Positions 10,043 through 20,025 of a stretch of DNA of 64,000 bases are shown here, in pieces. The notes below the pieces were generated by a model that searched no databases, was not told where the DNA came from, and saw nothing but the letters and a program-made list of their open reading frames with translations. The stretch's first letter is position 1. Each line of letters opens with the position of its first letter. Origin of the DNA: Candidatus Thorarchaeota archaeon (lineage in GTDB: Archaea; Asgardarchaeota; Thorarchaeia; Thorarchaeales; Thorarchaeaceae); assembly GCA_046482545.1 (NCBI GenBank), contig JAWOEX010000032.1:193903-257902 (forward strand), read 5' to 3'. The position numbers and the translations under genes are program-made.

Positions 10043-10623
10043 TTCTAGCAATCAATTCAAGAGCTTTGTAAATCTTACAAAATCCTAAATGAATCAGCAC
10101 AGTAAAGTGTAAAATATCTGCAAGATGTCCTGTATGCCTTCTTATGACCAAAGATGAGGGAAGTTAATTAGGCCGAGTACGGGAGTCCGGTCTAGTAGGA
10201 CTAGGGCAGTGGGCCACTCCCCCTGGGGAGAAGCGCCCAGCCCCGAAGGCTGTGAGGAAGACCCCGTCTTCTAAGCAGAAGTCCTTACTCTCCGAACGAG
10301 GGGCCCCATCAGGCCCTGGAGAGTCCGCGGCTGTTCACCTCGTCTGTAATGGACCTCCTCAGCGGTGGTGACAATGTTGAGGTCGGTGATCATGACCACG
10401 CCGTGGCAAAAACTGTGGAAGGACTCGCTGTCGCCGGAGTGATGACCCGGGATGACGACAGGAGACGGAAGCCAGGATCGCGGGAGGAATCCTATTCCGG
10501 TGAACGCGGACAAAGCCCCTGCTGACTCAAGGGCCCATTGGGTAGCCTTGGGGGTGGTGACGCTGGCAGGGGAAGGGTGGAACACAGAAGTTTCACGCAG
10601 TTGCTACAACTGTAAGAAACAGG
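10043..10623. mobile_element. Non-autonomous IS-derived element/MITE (copy A)
   Basis: Shares the left motif, an internal block and a 50-nt identical terminus (10571-10620 = 17244-17293) with copy C; GC-rich interior; ends GAAACAGG then TTAT. Confidence 0.7.
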
Positions 10624-12922
10624 TTATCGAGAATAATACCTTGACCCTATCATCCTTCTCGAAGCGTTTCCGTATGCTACCGACATTCGGCGAGTGTTGG
10701 TTATGGGTATAGATTTCGCCGTTAACGGAGGTCTCTTGAATACTCCACTCCTCGCTGAAGTAGAAGTAGATCCCCTCTGCATGATTCGTGGCTTTAGAAA
10801 CCACTAAAGTCAGCTCATTTGAGTCAGCGTCCCACTTCTCGCTTTGAATATCACAGGCTCCTTGAGTGAAGTGCATGCTAGTCGCCAATAGAGACGGTCT
10901 ATCTTGTGCTGGCTTTATGCTGTATAGTCTACAGGTATGCGGCTTGAGACTGGACACGCTGATTTTGTCTTCGACTTCTTCGACGTATTTCTCGTCCCAG
11001 AAACCGAATACATGGTGGGAGACTCCTTCTTCAAGGCCAAGATCTGTAAGATACACCTCAAGGTCAATAGGCTCCTCGCCAAGATTGAACAGCCCTACAA
11101 CAACCCACTCGCTGGTTTTGTTTTTAACAGGAAGAAAGAAAATATTGGGTTCTGGTTTAATCAGAGTATCCGGGGATAGGGCTCCCTCTGGATACACTGG
11201 AAGCAGCTTGTCTACAAGTCGAAGCCTCTCTTCGGAGACTTCCATCATCCGGTCGCTTAGAAGGAATGCCCCTCCACTAAGGGCAACAATTGATGCCCAG
11301 AGTCGTACCTCTTCAAGAGAGAGTTCGTTGTCTTCTTGCCGAACTAGCAAGCAGTCAGGATCGTTTATCCACCACCTATTGTGCAAAGGCGCCCTCGTTA
11401 TGGTATTCACAGCGCATTCGTACACCCCGCCACCCCAATCAAGTCTCCAAGATGTGGCAATGTCTGTTCCAATTCGCATCGCATTTGTGATTCCAATGCA
11501 CGGTCCCAGAGGGGCACCGCATCCGAGGATTAGAGAGTCTCCAACACTTTCGCGCACAGCTTCAATTCCGTTTCGGAAAGCTTGAGCACGTGTAACTGTT
11601 TCATCAAATCTTTTTGCTTCTTCTGTGGCATGATAGAGGAAATCAATCTTGAAGTACTCAAATCCTAAGGATTTCAGATGTTTGAACAATGATTTGATAT
11701 GCTTGATTACGGCTGGATTTGAAAGGTCCAGCGCGTAATAGCTCCCAAGCCATAGCGGATTGTCATCGATTACTTTTGGCTCACCTTTCTTGGACGCAAG
11801 AAACCAGTCTGGATGCTGTTTGAAAAGGTCAGAATGCTCTGTAGCAATGAATGGTGCTGTCCAAATGCCTGCTTTGAAGCCTTTCTTCTCAATTTCTTCC
11901 TTCAGATAGTCCAAGCCATTTGGAAACCTATCGTTTGGTTGCCAATCTCCCACTGTTTTCTGGTACCCGTCATCAATTTGAATCCACTTTACGTAATCCG
12001 GGAATCTTTCTTTCAGGAATTGTGTGTTTTCCAGAATCTCCCCCTCTTCTGGCATGGTGTAATAGAAATACCATGAACACCATCCTACGGGTATTTCATC
12101 GCACAAGACGGCATTCATCCGTCTAGCTGCAAGATCAGCATATTCCTGAAGGGATGCCAAGCCATCGGCTTTGATGATGACGACCAGTTCCTCTGAGACA
12201 ACCGCCTCGTCTGGAATCAATAGTGTACTATCGAGCTCACATGTTGCTGCCAGTCTCTCCAGCTGCTGTCTTCCGGCGTCAAATGAGATATTTGTCAGTT
12301 GTCTATCCATTGTACAGAATCCGATAAGGATGTTCGATTTATCGCTCCGATTTGTGAGAACGGAGTAGAAGTGACTGATATTCGACCCTTCTTGTAGTGG
12401 CTGAGCTCGGCTGAGCTCCCAAGAATGAAAACCATTTTGGAAGTATCTTAAATCTAACAAATCCACCCCTGTCAGGATTGTAGAAGATGTCCATAAGGGT
12501 GAAATCGAATCGAGTTCTAAATGCTTGCCAGATTTGTTGATTAGCTGCACCGTGAATGTAAATCCGCTTAGGCCATTAGATGCAATTACTTTGAAGCGCA
12601 CCTCGTGTGACTGGACTGGATCCTGAAGAGAAAGAATGAGTACCCTATCTGCTTGACTCTGATTCTTTATGGTAAGTGTATCCATAGAGACGTATTTGAG
12701 TTGAGAGGAATTGATTATTCTCCCTTTCGTTGATATTTGAAATTGACCTTCTCGTAGATATTCTTCTCCCATGGGATTAAGAAGACTGAATGAACCGTTC
12801 TCTATATCCCATTCGAAAGCCATGTGTTGAGTACTTAGAGAAACCTTATGCTCAGATAAATCGACGCTGCTCCACTTCTCAGGGTCCAAGTGCTCTACTC
12901 CTTCAAACTGTGTTGAATACAC
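10604..12922 (-). CDS. Alpha-galactosidase, glycoside hydrolase family 36
   Basis: GWCSWY, IQIDDGY, FKIDF (nucleophile Asp), MRIG.D (acid/base), NDPDCL. Confidence 0.9.
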   Translation of the reverse strand: MYSTQFEGVEHLDPEKWSSVDLSEHKVSLSTQHMAFEWDIENGSFSLLNPMGEEYLREGQFQISTKGRIINSSQLKYVSMDTLTIKNQSQADRVLILSLQDPVQSHEVRFKVIASNGLSGFTFTVQLINKSGKHLELDSISPLWTSSTILTGVDLLDLRYFQNGFHSWELSRAQPLQEGSNISHFYSVLTNRSDKSNILIGFCTMDRQLTNISFDAGRQQLERLAATCELDSTLLIPDEAVVSEELVVIIKADGLASLQEYADLAARRMNAVLCDEIPVGWCSWYFYYTMPEEGEILENTQFLKERFPDYVKWIQIDDGYQKTVGDWQPNDRFPNGLDYLKEEIEKKGFKAGIWTAPFIATEHSDLFKQHPDWFLASKKGEPKVIDDNPLWLGSYYALDLSNPAVIKHIKSLFKHLKSLGFEYFKIDFLYHATEEAKRFDETVTRAQAFRNGIEAVRESVGDSLILGCGAPLGPCIGITNAMRIGTDIATSWRLDWGGGVYECAVNTITRAPLHNRWWINDPDCLLVRQEDNELSLEEVRLWASIVALSGGAFLLSDRMMEVSEERLRLVDKLLPVYPEGALSPDTLIKPEPNIFFLPVKNKTSEWVVVGLFNLGEEPIDLEVYLTDLGLEEGVSHHVFGFWDEKYVEEVEDKISVSSLKPHTCRLYSIKPAQDRPSLLATSMHFTQGACDIQSEKWDADSNELTLVVSKATNHAEGIYFYFSEEWSIQETSVNGEIYTHNQHSPNVGSIRKRFEKDDRVKVLFSITCFLQL

Positions 12923-12955
12923 TCCCTGATATGCTTTGCTTGAGAGTACTGATTA

Positions 12956-13528
12956 CTAGTCAGCGTATTTGTCACTCTCTATCTGTGCGGCCTTGTTCCT
13001 TGCTTTTTCTGCTTCATCATATTCGAAGAGCCGCTTGTGTGCTAGGGCTAGTAGCTCCCAGACTTCTTTGTCGTCAGGTTTCATATCTAAATAATGCTGA
13101 CAGTACTCCTTTACCTTTTCCCAGTTATCCTTCCTTTCGTAGCACCGGGCTCCATAGTAAAGGGCTCTCTTGTGGTCCATACCCGGTTCAAGAAGGTCAT
13201 TCAATTCCTGCAGAGCCTCATCCCACTCCTCCCTTTCATAATGAACCATTGCCTTATCGAACTGAATCTCCATCTCCTGATATTGCGGCATTCTCCTGAA
13301 TAGTGTAGTGATCATCCCAGATGTCACACAGCACACCAGTACTGTAGCTACTGTAACACTGACTCCCAGCAGGATTCCGGCATTGGGCAGTATGTCCCCT
13401 AGAAATCCTTGACCTACGAGCCACGCCAGCGTGATACCACCAATGAAAATCCCTGCAGCCACTAACAAAGAATAGCGTGTCCAGTTCTGATCCAGAAACC
13501 CTTCATTGCTGTTTTCCAAATTGCACAC
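12956..13528 (-). CDS. Membrane protein with C-terminal TPR repeats
   Basis: Two TM segments followed by TPR-like helices (ALYYGARCYE, VWELLALAH). Confidence 0.8.
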   Translation of the reverse strand: MCNLENSNEGFLDQNWTRYSLLVAAGIFIGGITLAWLVGQGFLGDILPNAGILLGVSVTVATVLVCCVTSGMITTLFRRMPQYQEMEIQFDKAMVHYEREEWDEALQELNDLLEPGMDHKRALYYGARCYERKDNWEKVKEYCQHYLDMKPDDKEVWELLALAHKRLFEYDEAEKARNKAAQIESDKYAD

Positions 13529-13583
13529 CTACCGGAATTCCACTCCCGCTGTTAATATAGTTTTGAACTGAGTGTATCGTTTT

Positions 13584-14243
13584 CTAGTCATTTTCATTAA
13601 TGCTGTTATCAGGATTGTTGAGGAGATCTGAATCCTTCTTTTCTTGTTCATATTTCTCATGGTCCTGTTCGGCTTTTAGCCTGTCTTTAGCGACGGCAAG
13701 CCACTGATTGACATGTGAAGAAAGTGATGGGTCTAGCTCCAAGGCCATTTCAGCATAAGCGATTGCGTGCTCATTCTCACGTTCAATGAAATGGGCATTG
13801 GCCTTGTTATAGAGTGCTTCAGCATAGTTAGGCCGAAGAGCAACAGCCTTGGTATATGCTTCAATTGCTTTCTGCCCCTCAGTCAATCTTGAGTAAGTAT
13901 TGCCTAGGTTATTCCAGGCTTCGGCATCTTCTGTATCCAACTCCAAGGCCTTTTCATAGCATTCCTTGGCCTTCTTGAAATCACCGAGCTCATATAGCAC
14001 GTTTCCCTTGTTAAACCAGATTTCAAACACCTGATTGTCAATTGCAAGAGCTTCATCATAGGCTTCCTCTGCTTCATCAAGCTTACCTGCTCTCGCAAGG
14101 GCAATACCTAGGTTGTACCAGCCCTCTAAGGAATCTGGATGCTTTCCAACCAGCTCTTTCAAAAAATCAATCGCTTTCTTGTATACGCCTGAATTGATGA
14201 GTCTGATAGCCTCTGCTATTGAATCCGCTACTTCTTCACTCAT
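13584..14243 (-). CDS. TPR repeat protein
   Basis: Canonical TPR units WYNLG, WFNKG, AWNNLG, ALYNKA. Confidence 0.92.
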   Translation of the reverse strand: MSEEVADSIAEAIRLINSGVYKKAIDFLKELVGKHPDSLEGWYNLGIALARAGKLDEAEEAYDEALAIDNQVFEIWFNKGNVLYELGDFKKAKECYEKALELDTEDAEAWNNLGNTYSRLTEGQKAIEAYTKAVALRPNYAEALYNKANAHFIERENEHAIAYAEMALELDPSLSSHVNQWLAVAKDRLKAEQDHEKYEQEKKDSDLLNNPDNSINEND

Positions 14244-14293
14244 GCAGTATCACATCTGCTTCAATCAGTTAAAGCCTGTGCTTTGAATTCCTT

Positions 14294-14722
14294 TCACTCG
14301 GGACTGCTGGTTGTTTGACGTCCGATAATGCTTAGTATGATGCCAATCCAGCCAATTGACTGTGCAATCAATAGAAGAAAATCAACGAGAATGCCCAACC
14401 CAGAGAAGTAGACTGTCTTGCCCAATTCGATAATGAGTCCTATCAATCCCAATCCGGCTGCAATGCCAATGATGAACTTGCCTGTACCAACTCTTGCTGT
14501 CGTAAGAAGATAGCTGCCAATGATTACTCCGATACCGCCAAGACCAGCTATGAAGGTTAACACAAAAAGGAGGATATCCACGACCCATACTATATTCTGC
14601 AATTCTGGTATGGTATGGAGTTCTTCCAGCATACCGAAGTAACCTATGCTACCGGTAGCACTTGTGATGATAAGCAACAATCCACCAAGAAGACATAGAA
14701 CAAATGATTTCTTGTTTTCCAT
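14294..14722 (-). CDS. Small Gly-rich integral membrane protein
   Basis: 142 aa, about 4 hydrophobic segments. Confidence 0.75.
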   Translation of the reverse strand: MENKKSFVLCLLGGLLLIITSATGSIGYFGMLEELHTIPELQNIVWVVDILLFVLTFIAGLGGIGVIIGSYLLTTARVGTGKFIIGIAAGLGLIGLIIELGKTVYFSGLGILVDFLLLIAQSIGWIGIILSIIGRQTTSSPE

Positions 14723-14789
14723 GAGAATACCTTATCTATATTCCATTAAACGGCCCTTTATGTATTCCCCTTCTCTACCGAGCAGAATG

Positions 14790-15635
14790 CTATTGCAGTT
14801 CTATTGCAACTGGTCGTCGTCTACGGAAGATGCTTACCGTTTCATATCCGCTCTCTCTAAGTATTTTCAATGCTTTGTGAATCTCGTAGCCAACGTGTTG
14901 TGGTAAATGAGCATCTGAGCCAACTATTACGATTTCCACTCCCTCATCGTGTAGGCATTGTATGAACTCTTTCGTGGGCATAGTATCGTCAAGACCCGTC
15001 CTAAATGAAGATGTGTTAATCTCAAAACCGACATTTGCTTTGTACATGGTACTGGCAATCTCAGAGACATACTGTTTCCACAGGGTGCGCACTTCTTCTC
15101 CGTAGAATCGTTCTCCATACCGCCGATAGATGTCGATATGAGCGATGGCATCGAAAAAGCCTGATCTGATGCAATCGACCAGTCTCCCGTAATATAGTTC
15201 ACCCAGTTCATCGACCTTGTATTTGCTAAAGATTCCTGTAGCCTCATCTTCAAGGGATAATGCTTTGTGTTCTAACAGATGAGTTGCGCCTAAGACATAA
15301 TCCCAGTCAAACGTGTGAAAATCCTGAGGCAGATTGCTTTCAAACCCCGAATAGTAGTCTATCTCGACGCCTAGACGAACTTCCAATCCCTTTTCTTGGT
15401 AAATTTGAGCTGCTTCATTGATAGTCTCTACATATGATCCAAGCCAAGCGTTCTCCGTTGTTGATATCTCATCATTGCCAACTCTTACAACTCCATCGTT
15501 TCTGAATGGATCTGTATCAACATGAGTCGTAAAGCATATGTGGTGAAGTCCTTTTCCCACCGCAGCATCACAGAATTCATCAACGGAACCTTTTGCATCA
15601 ATGGAAAAGTTCGGGTGGATATGATAATCGAGCAT
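14790..15635 (-). CDS. PHP-family histidinol-phosphatase-like (HisJ/HisK family)
   Basis: DYHIH, TTH, GVEID, GATH, AHID, EINTS, GSDAH metal motifs. Confidence 0.88.
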   Translation of the reverse strand: MLDYHIHPNFSIDAKGSVDEFCDAAVGKGLHHICFTTHVDTDPFRNDGVVRVGNDEISTTENAWLGSYVETINEAAQIYQEKGLEVRLGVEIDYYSGFESNLPQDFHTFDWDYVLGATHLLEHKALSLEDEATGIFSKYKVDELGELYYGRLVDCIRSGFFDAIAHIDIYRRYGERFYGEEVRTLWKQYVSEIASTMYKANVGFEINTSSFRTGLDDTMPTKEFIQCLHDEGVEIVIVGSDAHLPQHVGYEIHKALKILRESGYETVSIFRRRRPVAIELQ

Positions 15636-15641
15636 ATATAA

Positions 15642-15856
15642 CCTGTTTCTCGCTGTTGAGTGAACCTAGCTGAATAAAACTTCTGTGTTCCACCCTTCCT
15701 CAGCCAGTGTCGCCGCCCCCAAGGTACCCGTACCCCTTCGAGCTAGCACTGGCTTTGCCCATATTTACTGGAATTGGATTCCTCCTGCGGTCCTGGCTTC
15801 TGTTTCCTGTCGTTATCCTGCGTCATCACTCCCGGCGACAGTGAGTTCTTCCACGG
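15642..15856 (-). mobile_element. Inverted partial copy of the IS-derived repeat (copy B)
   Basis: Reverse complement aligns to about 10414-10623, including GGAAGGGTGGAACACAGAAGTTT and GAAACAGG-TTAT end. Confidence 0.7.
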
Positions 15857-15885
15857 AGGGAGCATGATTACCCATTTCAGCCCTG

Positions 15886-16827
15886 CTACCGTTGCAATCG
15901 CTTGAATACTTCATTGGCTATGAATACCTCTGTTCCAGCCAATCCTACCGAACAGAAGAGTGTAATATCTTGGTCGGATTCACGTCCCGGTATTTTGCCT
16001 GTTACAATGTTGCAAAGTTTCAGGATTCTTTTTCGGTGTTCAGTATTAGATAGGAAGTACGGCCTTGTATAGTTACCATAGCTATCCATTTGGGCTATCG
16101 AATCAGTAACAATGACTTGGCTCTTATTGGCGACTCCAACCTCTATCTCATTCGTGCCAGCCAAGTTCGGACCGAGTGTTGTCACGTGCATTCCTGGTTC
16201 TAGTAACTCAGAATCGTATACTGGCGTCTTGCTGCGGGTAGCTGAAATTACTATATCTGCACCAGTAATTGCGTCATCAGGAGATTCTACCGGTTTTACT
16301 GTTAGATTCAATTTCTGACTCATCTCCTCAGCGAAAGCTTCTCTGTGAGCCTCGGTTGGGCTGTAAACACGAACTTCCTTGAGATTTCGAACGATGTTGG
16401 TAGCTTCGAGTTGCGATCTTGCCTGGGTCCCTGAACCAATCATGGCGAGAGTATCTGAGTCTGGTCTGGATAGATACTTAATCGCAACGCCACCAATCCC
16501 TCCAGTGCGAATCACTCCCACTCTAGTACCACAAATAACTCCTTTTAGTACTCCACTGTCCCCATCATAACAAACTACCAGCTGAGTATGCCCGGGTTCA
16601 TCTTTGGGAAAGGTTTCGTATATCCGAAACCCGGCTGCCTTTTCTCTCCCTGTTGAGGCTCCTACAGTAAATACAAGGGAACCTTTACCCGCTTCAACCG
16701 TGAAACGTGGTGGTGCATTGAGAGTTCCCTTGCCATGTTCGGTCATTGCGTCTTCCATCTTGGTGACTGCATCTTGCATATCGAGAACTTTGTCAACCTG
16801 TTCGTCGTCAATAACTGGGAATTTCAT
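15886..16827 (-). CDS. Ornithine cyclodeaminase/mu-crystallin family imine reductase
   Basis: RTG, IGSGTQARSQL, ADIVISAT, GRES..DITLF.SVGLA. Confidence 0.9.
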   Translation of the reverse strand: MKFPVIDDEQVDKVLDMQDAVTKMEDAMTEHGKGTLNAPPRFTVEAGKGSLVFTVGASTGREKAAGFRIYETFPKDEPGHTQLVVCYDGDSGVLKGVICGTRVGVIRTGGIGGVAIKYLSRPDSDTLAMIGSGTQARSQLEATNIVRNLKEVRVYSPTEAHREAFAEEMSQKLNLTVKPVESPDDAITGADIVISATRSKTPVYDSELLEPGMHVTTLGPNLAGTNEIEVGVANKSQVIVTDSIAQMDSYGNYTRPYFLSNTEHRKRILKLCNIVTGKIPGRESDQDITLFCSVGLAGTEVFIANEVFKRLQR

Positions 16828-16994
16828 AGAAATAAATTGGAGTTTTATATGTTATAATTATAGTGGGTAAAAATATTCTATATAGCTCCCAAAAATCAAA
16901 ATCATCTCTCCTTTATAATGGCAACTTTCATTGTGAACTGCTCGCCAAAGTTAATTATCTACAATGCATCTTAATATGAGATTACTCAGAGTGG

Positions 16995-17296
16995 TTCTAG
17001 GTCAATTCAGGAGTAATCAAAATCTTACAGAATCCTAAAAAAATCAGAGTAGAAAAGTGTAAAATATTTGTAAGATTTCCCGTAAGGTTTCTTATCACCC
17101 ACACGGGGGAGTTTATGAGGCCCAGTACAGGACCACGGTTCAGTAGGACTAGGCAAGTGGGCTAGTATTATACACGACGGGCGCGGCCGAAGCCCCTGCT
17201 GACTCAAGGGCCTACGGGTACCTTGGGAGGCGACGCTGGCAGAGGAAGGGTGGAACACAGAAGTTTCACGCAGTTGCTACAACTGTAAGAAACGGG
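16995..17296. mobile_element. Shorter internally deleted copy of the IS-derived repeat (copy C)
   Basis: Left motif 17024-17074; block 17119-17162 similar to 10171-10214; terminus identical to copy A; ends GAAACGGG then TTAT. Confidence 0.7.
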
Positions 17297-18487
17297 TTAT
17301 CTGGAATCAGTGAGAAGGAATGCTACAAGCGAAGCAAGAGATATTGTTATCGTGAGGAACCAAATAGCCATTGAGAGTCCCCATATATCTCCTATGAATC
17401 CGAAAATCGTGGGTGAAATCGCACCAGGAATAGATCCAACAGAAAACAGGAGTCCAAACGCAATACCCGATTGCTCTTTTGGGCTCATTTCGGTAAGATA
17501 TGCTGTTGCTGTTGGCTCTCCTAAGAAGAAGAAAAAGCCTAACACTATCAGAATAATAATCAACGATAACCGGCCGACTGTAAAGCTGAGCAGAGCAATC
17601 GCAAACGCTGAAACGACTGTAGAAATCACCATGAAATCTGTACGGCGACCTGTTCTATCCGAGAGTGGTCCCGCAACAAGTTCTCCAGCGACACCTGAGA
17701 TGAGCATTAGGCTTGTTAATGCGCCGGCTAGTACGGGTTCATATGCATGGCTATCCACCAGATACAGTGGCATCATCAGAGTTATGGATCTGAATGACAT
17801 CCCCTTGAGACCCATATACACAATACCCAAGACGAAGTTTCTTTTCCATTGTGTAGATTCAGTCCTTTCACGACTTGTTTTCTCTGTTGCAACAGGACAT
17901 CTAGTAGAGTATCTTATCAGCATCGCTACTGGAAAAAATGAAACTATTCCTATTAGACCAAGTAAAACAAGGGATTGGCGCCACCCGCCAAAAACTAGAA
18001 GCAATATGACACCAAGCATCGGCACCAATGCCATTCCTAATAATCCACCAACTGCCTGGATGCTAGTAGACTTAGCCCTGCTGCTTAGAGGGAATCTCTC
18101 AGCTAGTGTGGGAAACGCACTAGGGTGGTACCCCGATGCTGCAACACCAAGCAAAGCTTGCGAAATAATCAGAAGCCAGAAACCCTCAGAGCAGCTGACC
18201 AGCAAGATACCAAAGGCCATAGAAATAACAGTTGTAGGTATGAATATCTCCCGCCATCCTTTGTCTCCAAGATATCCTACTCCCATATGAGACAGGTTCA
18301 TCGTCAAAATCAAAGCTGATGTTACCATTCCCGTCTGAGTAAGAGTTAGAGATAGTTCTTGCCTTATCAGGGGAAGAAATGGTGAAAGCACGCCTGTATA
18401 AACATGGTTAAAAAAATGGGCTATTATACAGGCAATTAGGACAGCATACGACGCTTTGGTGGCCTTATCTAATTTCACCACTTCCAC
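17297..18487 (-). CDS. MFS transporter
   Basis: About 12 TM segments; motif A GYLGDKG / GPLSDRTGRR. Confidence 0.9.
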   Translation of the reverse strand: MEVVKLDKATKASYAVLIACIIAHFFNHVYTGVLSPFLPLIRQELSLTLTQTGMVTSALILTMNLSHMGVGYLGDKGWREIFIPTTVISMAFGILLVSCSEGFWLLIISQALLGVAASGYHPSAFPTLAERFPLSSRAKSTSIQAVGGLLGMALVPMLGVILLLVFGGWRQSLVLLGLIGIVSFFPVAMLIRYSTRCPVATEKTSRERTESTQWKRNFVLGIVYMGLKGMSFRSITLMMPLYLVDSHAYEPVLAGALTSLMLISGVAGELVAGPLSDRTGRRTDFMVISTVVSAFAIALLSFTVGRLSLIIILIVLGFFFFLGEPTATAYLTEMSPKEQSGIAFGLLFSVGSIPGAISPTIFGFIGDIWGLSMAIWFLTITISLASLVAFLLTDSR

Positions 18488-18722
18488 TTAGAATATTTTA
18501 TCTCTGTCCCATATGCTACCGAAATAAACATACTGCTATCCTAGATTGGAGATGCCAATATGATGTATAGTCACCTTTAAATTTTGGTCGAATATTAAAT
18601 AATATCGGGCACAACATAAAATTGAGTGCGGTTTATTTTAATATTAAGATAATCGCTGTTCCCTCAGAGTCTTCACTTTCAGGGGTCCGCAGAATGCCCG
18701 AAAATGAACCTTGGTGAGACAT

Positions 18723-19916
18723 ATGAAAGACAAGGGTTACCCTAGAGAATTTTATTACTTAGTGGCCTCTTCTTTCATGATATATCTTGCTTTGGAGAGC
18801 ACACGCCCTATTCTGCCTCTTCATATCACTGAAAAGGGAGCATCAGCCTTTGAACTAGGTATCGTAATCGGAATCTTCTCAATTTGCACTATGATTGCGA
18901 AAATGCCGCTCGGTAAGGTTACCGAACTTATGAAGCGCAAATATGTGTTGATTTTTGCTGCTGTGGGTCAAAGCACTAGCCAGCTTCTATATTCTATCGC
19001 TCCATCTCCTGAGTGGTTCTATCCAATACGAATTCTACATGCGGTGACCATGGCCCCCCTATTTCCTGTTGCATTTACAATCTCACAAGAAATGGCTCCA
19101 AGCAATAGGAGTGGTGATGCCACTGGAAAAATCACAGCGGCATATGGATTAGGAACTATGGTTGGTCCTTTTCTTTGCAGCTTTCTGCTGTCATTTATGG
19201 ACTATGACCAGCTTTTCCAAGCGGTTGCTATTTTTCCTATATTGGGGTTGTTTCTTCTTTTTGGCAGGGGGGAAGAGAAACAGGTGGCTAGGACCTCTGG
19301 TATTACAGAAGGCTCAAGCGACTCATTTTTGAATCATCTTCGACAATCAAGAAATCTGAAGGTTCTAGCGTATCTACGTTTTTCACATTCATTGGCCTAC
19401 GCTTTCTTTCTTACTTTCTTTGTAATCTACGCTGAAAATACACTAGCTATTGCACCTGCTTTAATTGCATTTCTTTTCGGAGTAAAAGGAACTGCTGACC
19501 TTATGTTACGAATTCCTGCTGGGAAGATGGGGGATCGTTGGAACTACAAATGGATGCTGGCTACCGCTTTCGCCGCGCTTTCCTTGTTCTATCTACTGAT
19601 TTCAGAAGCAGAGAAGATTCCTTTGCTGATAGGTCTTATGGTTCTTCTTGGACTTGCTATTAGCTTGAGGGTCGTGTCAGAATATGTCGTGCTTTCCGAG
19701 TCTTCTTCTCCTAAGACACGTAACATGGCAGCTTCTTATCTTTCTACGGTATTCTATGTGGGTTCAAGCTGTGGGGCAATTCTGGCAGGTGTACTGGCAA
19801 GTTATCTACCTATTCCAATTATCTTCAAGGGTGCGTCTGTGCTTCTTGCAACAGGATTGATTGGTGTTGTGTTTCTTAAGCGACCTGACAAGTCTTGGAA
19901 TGCAGACAACTCGTGA
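18723..19916 (+). CDS. MFS transporter
   Basis: About 12 TM segments; PAGKMGDRW motif-A variant. Confidence 0.88.
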   Translation: MKDKGYPREFYYLVASSFMIYLALESTRPILPLHITEKGASAFELGIVIGIFSICTMIAKMPLGKVTELMKRKYVLIFAAVGQSTSQLLYSIAPSPEWFYPIRILHAVTMAPLFPVAFTISQEMAPSNRSGDATGKITAAYGLGTMVGPFLCSFLLSFMDYDQLFQAVAIFPILGLFLLFGRGEEKQVARTSGITEGSSDSFLNHLRQSRNLKVLAYLRFSHSLAYAFFLTFFVIYAENTLAIAPALIAFLFGVKGTADLMLRIPAGKMGDRWNYKWMLATAFAALSLFYLLISEAEKIPLLIGLMVLLGLAISLRVVSEYVVLSESSSPKTRNMAASYLSTVFYVGSSCGAILAGVLASYLPIPIIFKGASVLLATGLIGVVFLKRPDKSWNADNS

Positions 19917-20025
19917 TGCTTATATTATGATTTCAGATATTATTTGGGTTAATATAATAAAAAAATCCAGAAAAAGAGAAAGAAAGAAATAATCCCATTA
20001 GCACTAAAGTGATGGGTGCCTAAAT

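Noticed and set aside
10271-10585. MFHPS-starting small ORFs (also 15685-15867, 17025-17258) as a peptide family
   Set aside because: They diverge by frameshift after about 10 codons; similarity is DNA-level repeat homology
17310-18290. 326-aa plus-strand ORF and other long antisense ORFs (e.g. 10866-11585, 24500-25138)
   Set aside because: Shadow frames opposite well-supported genes, with no motifs
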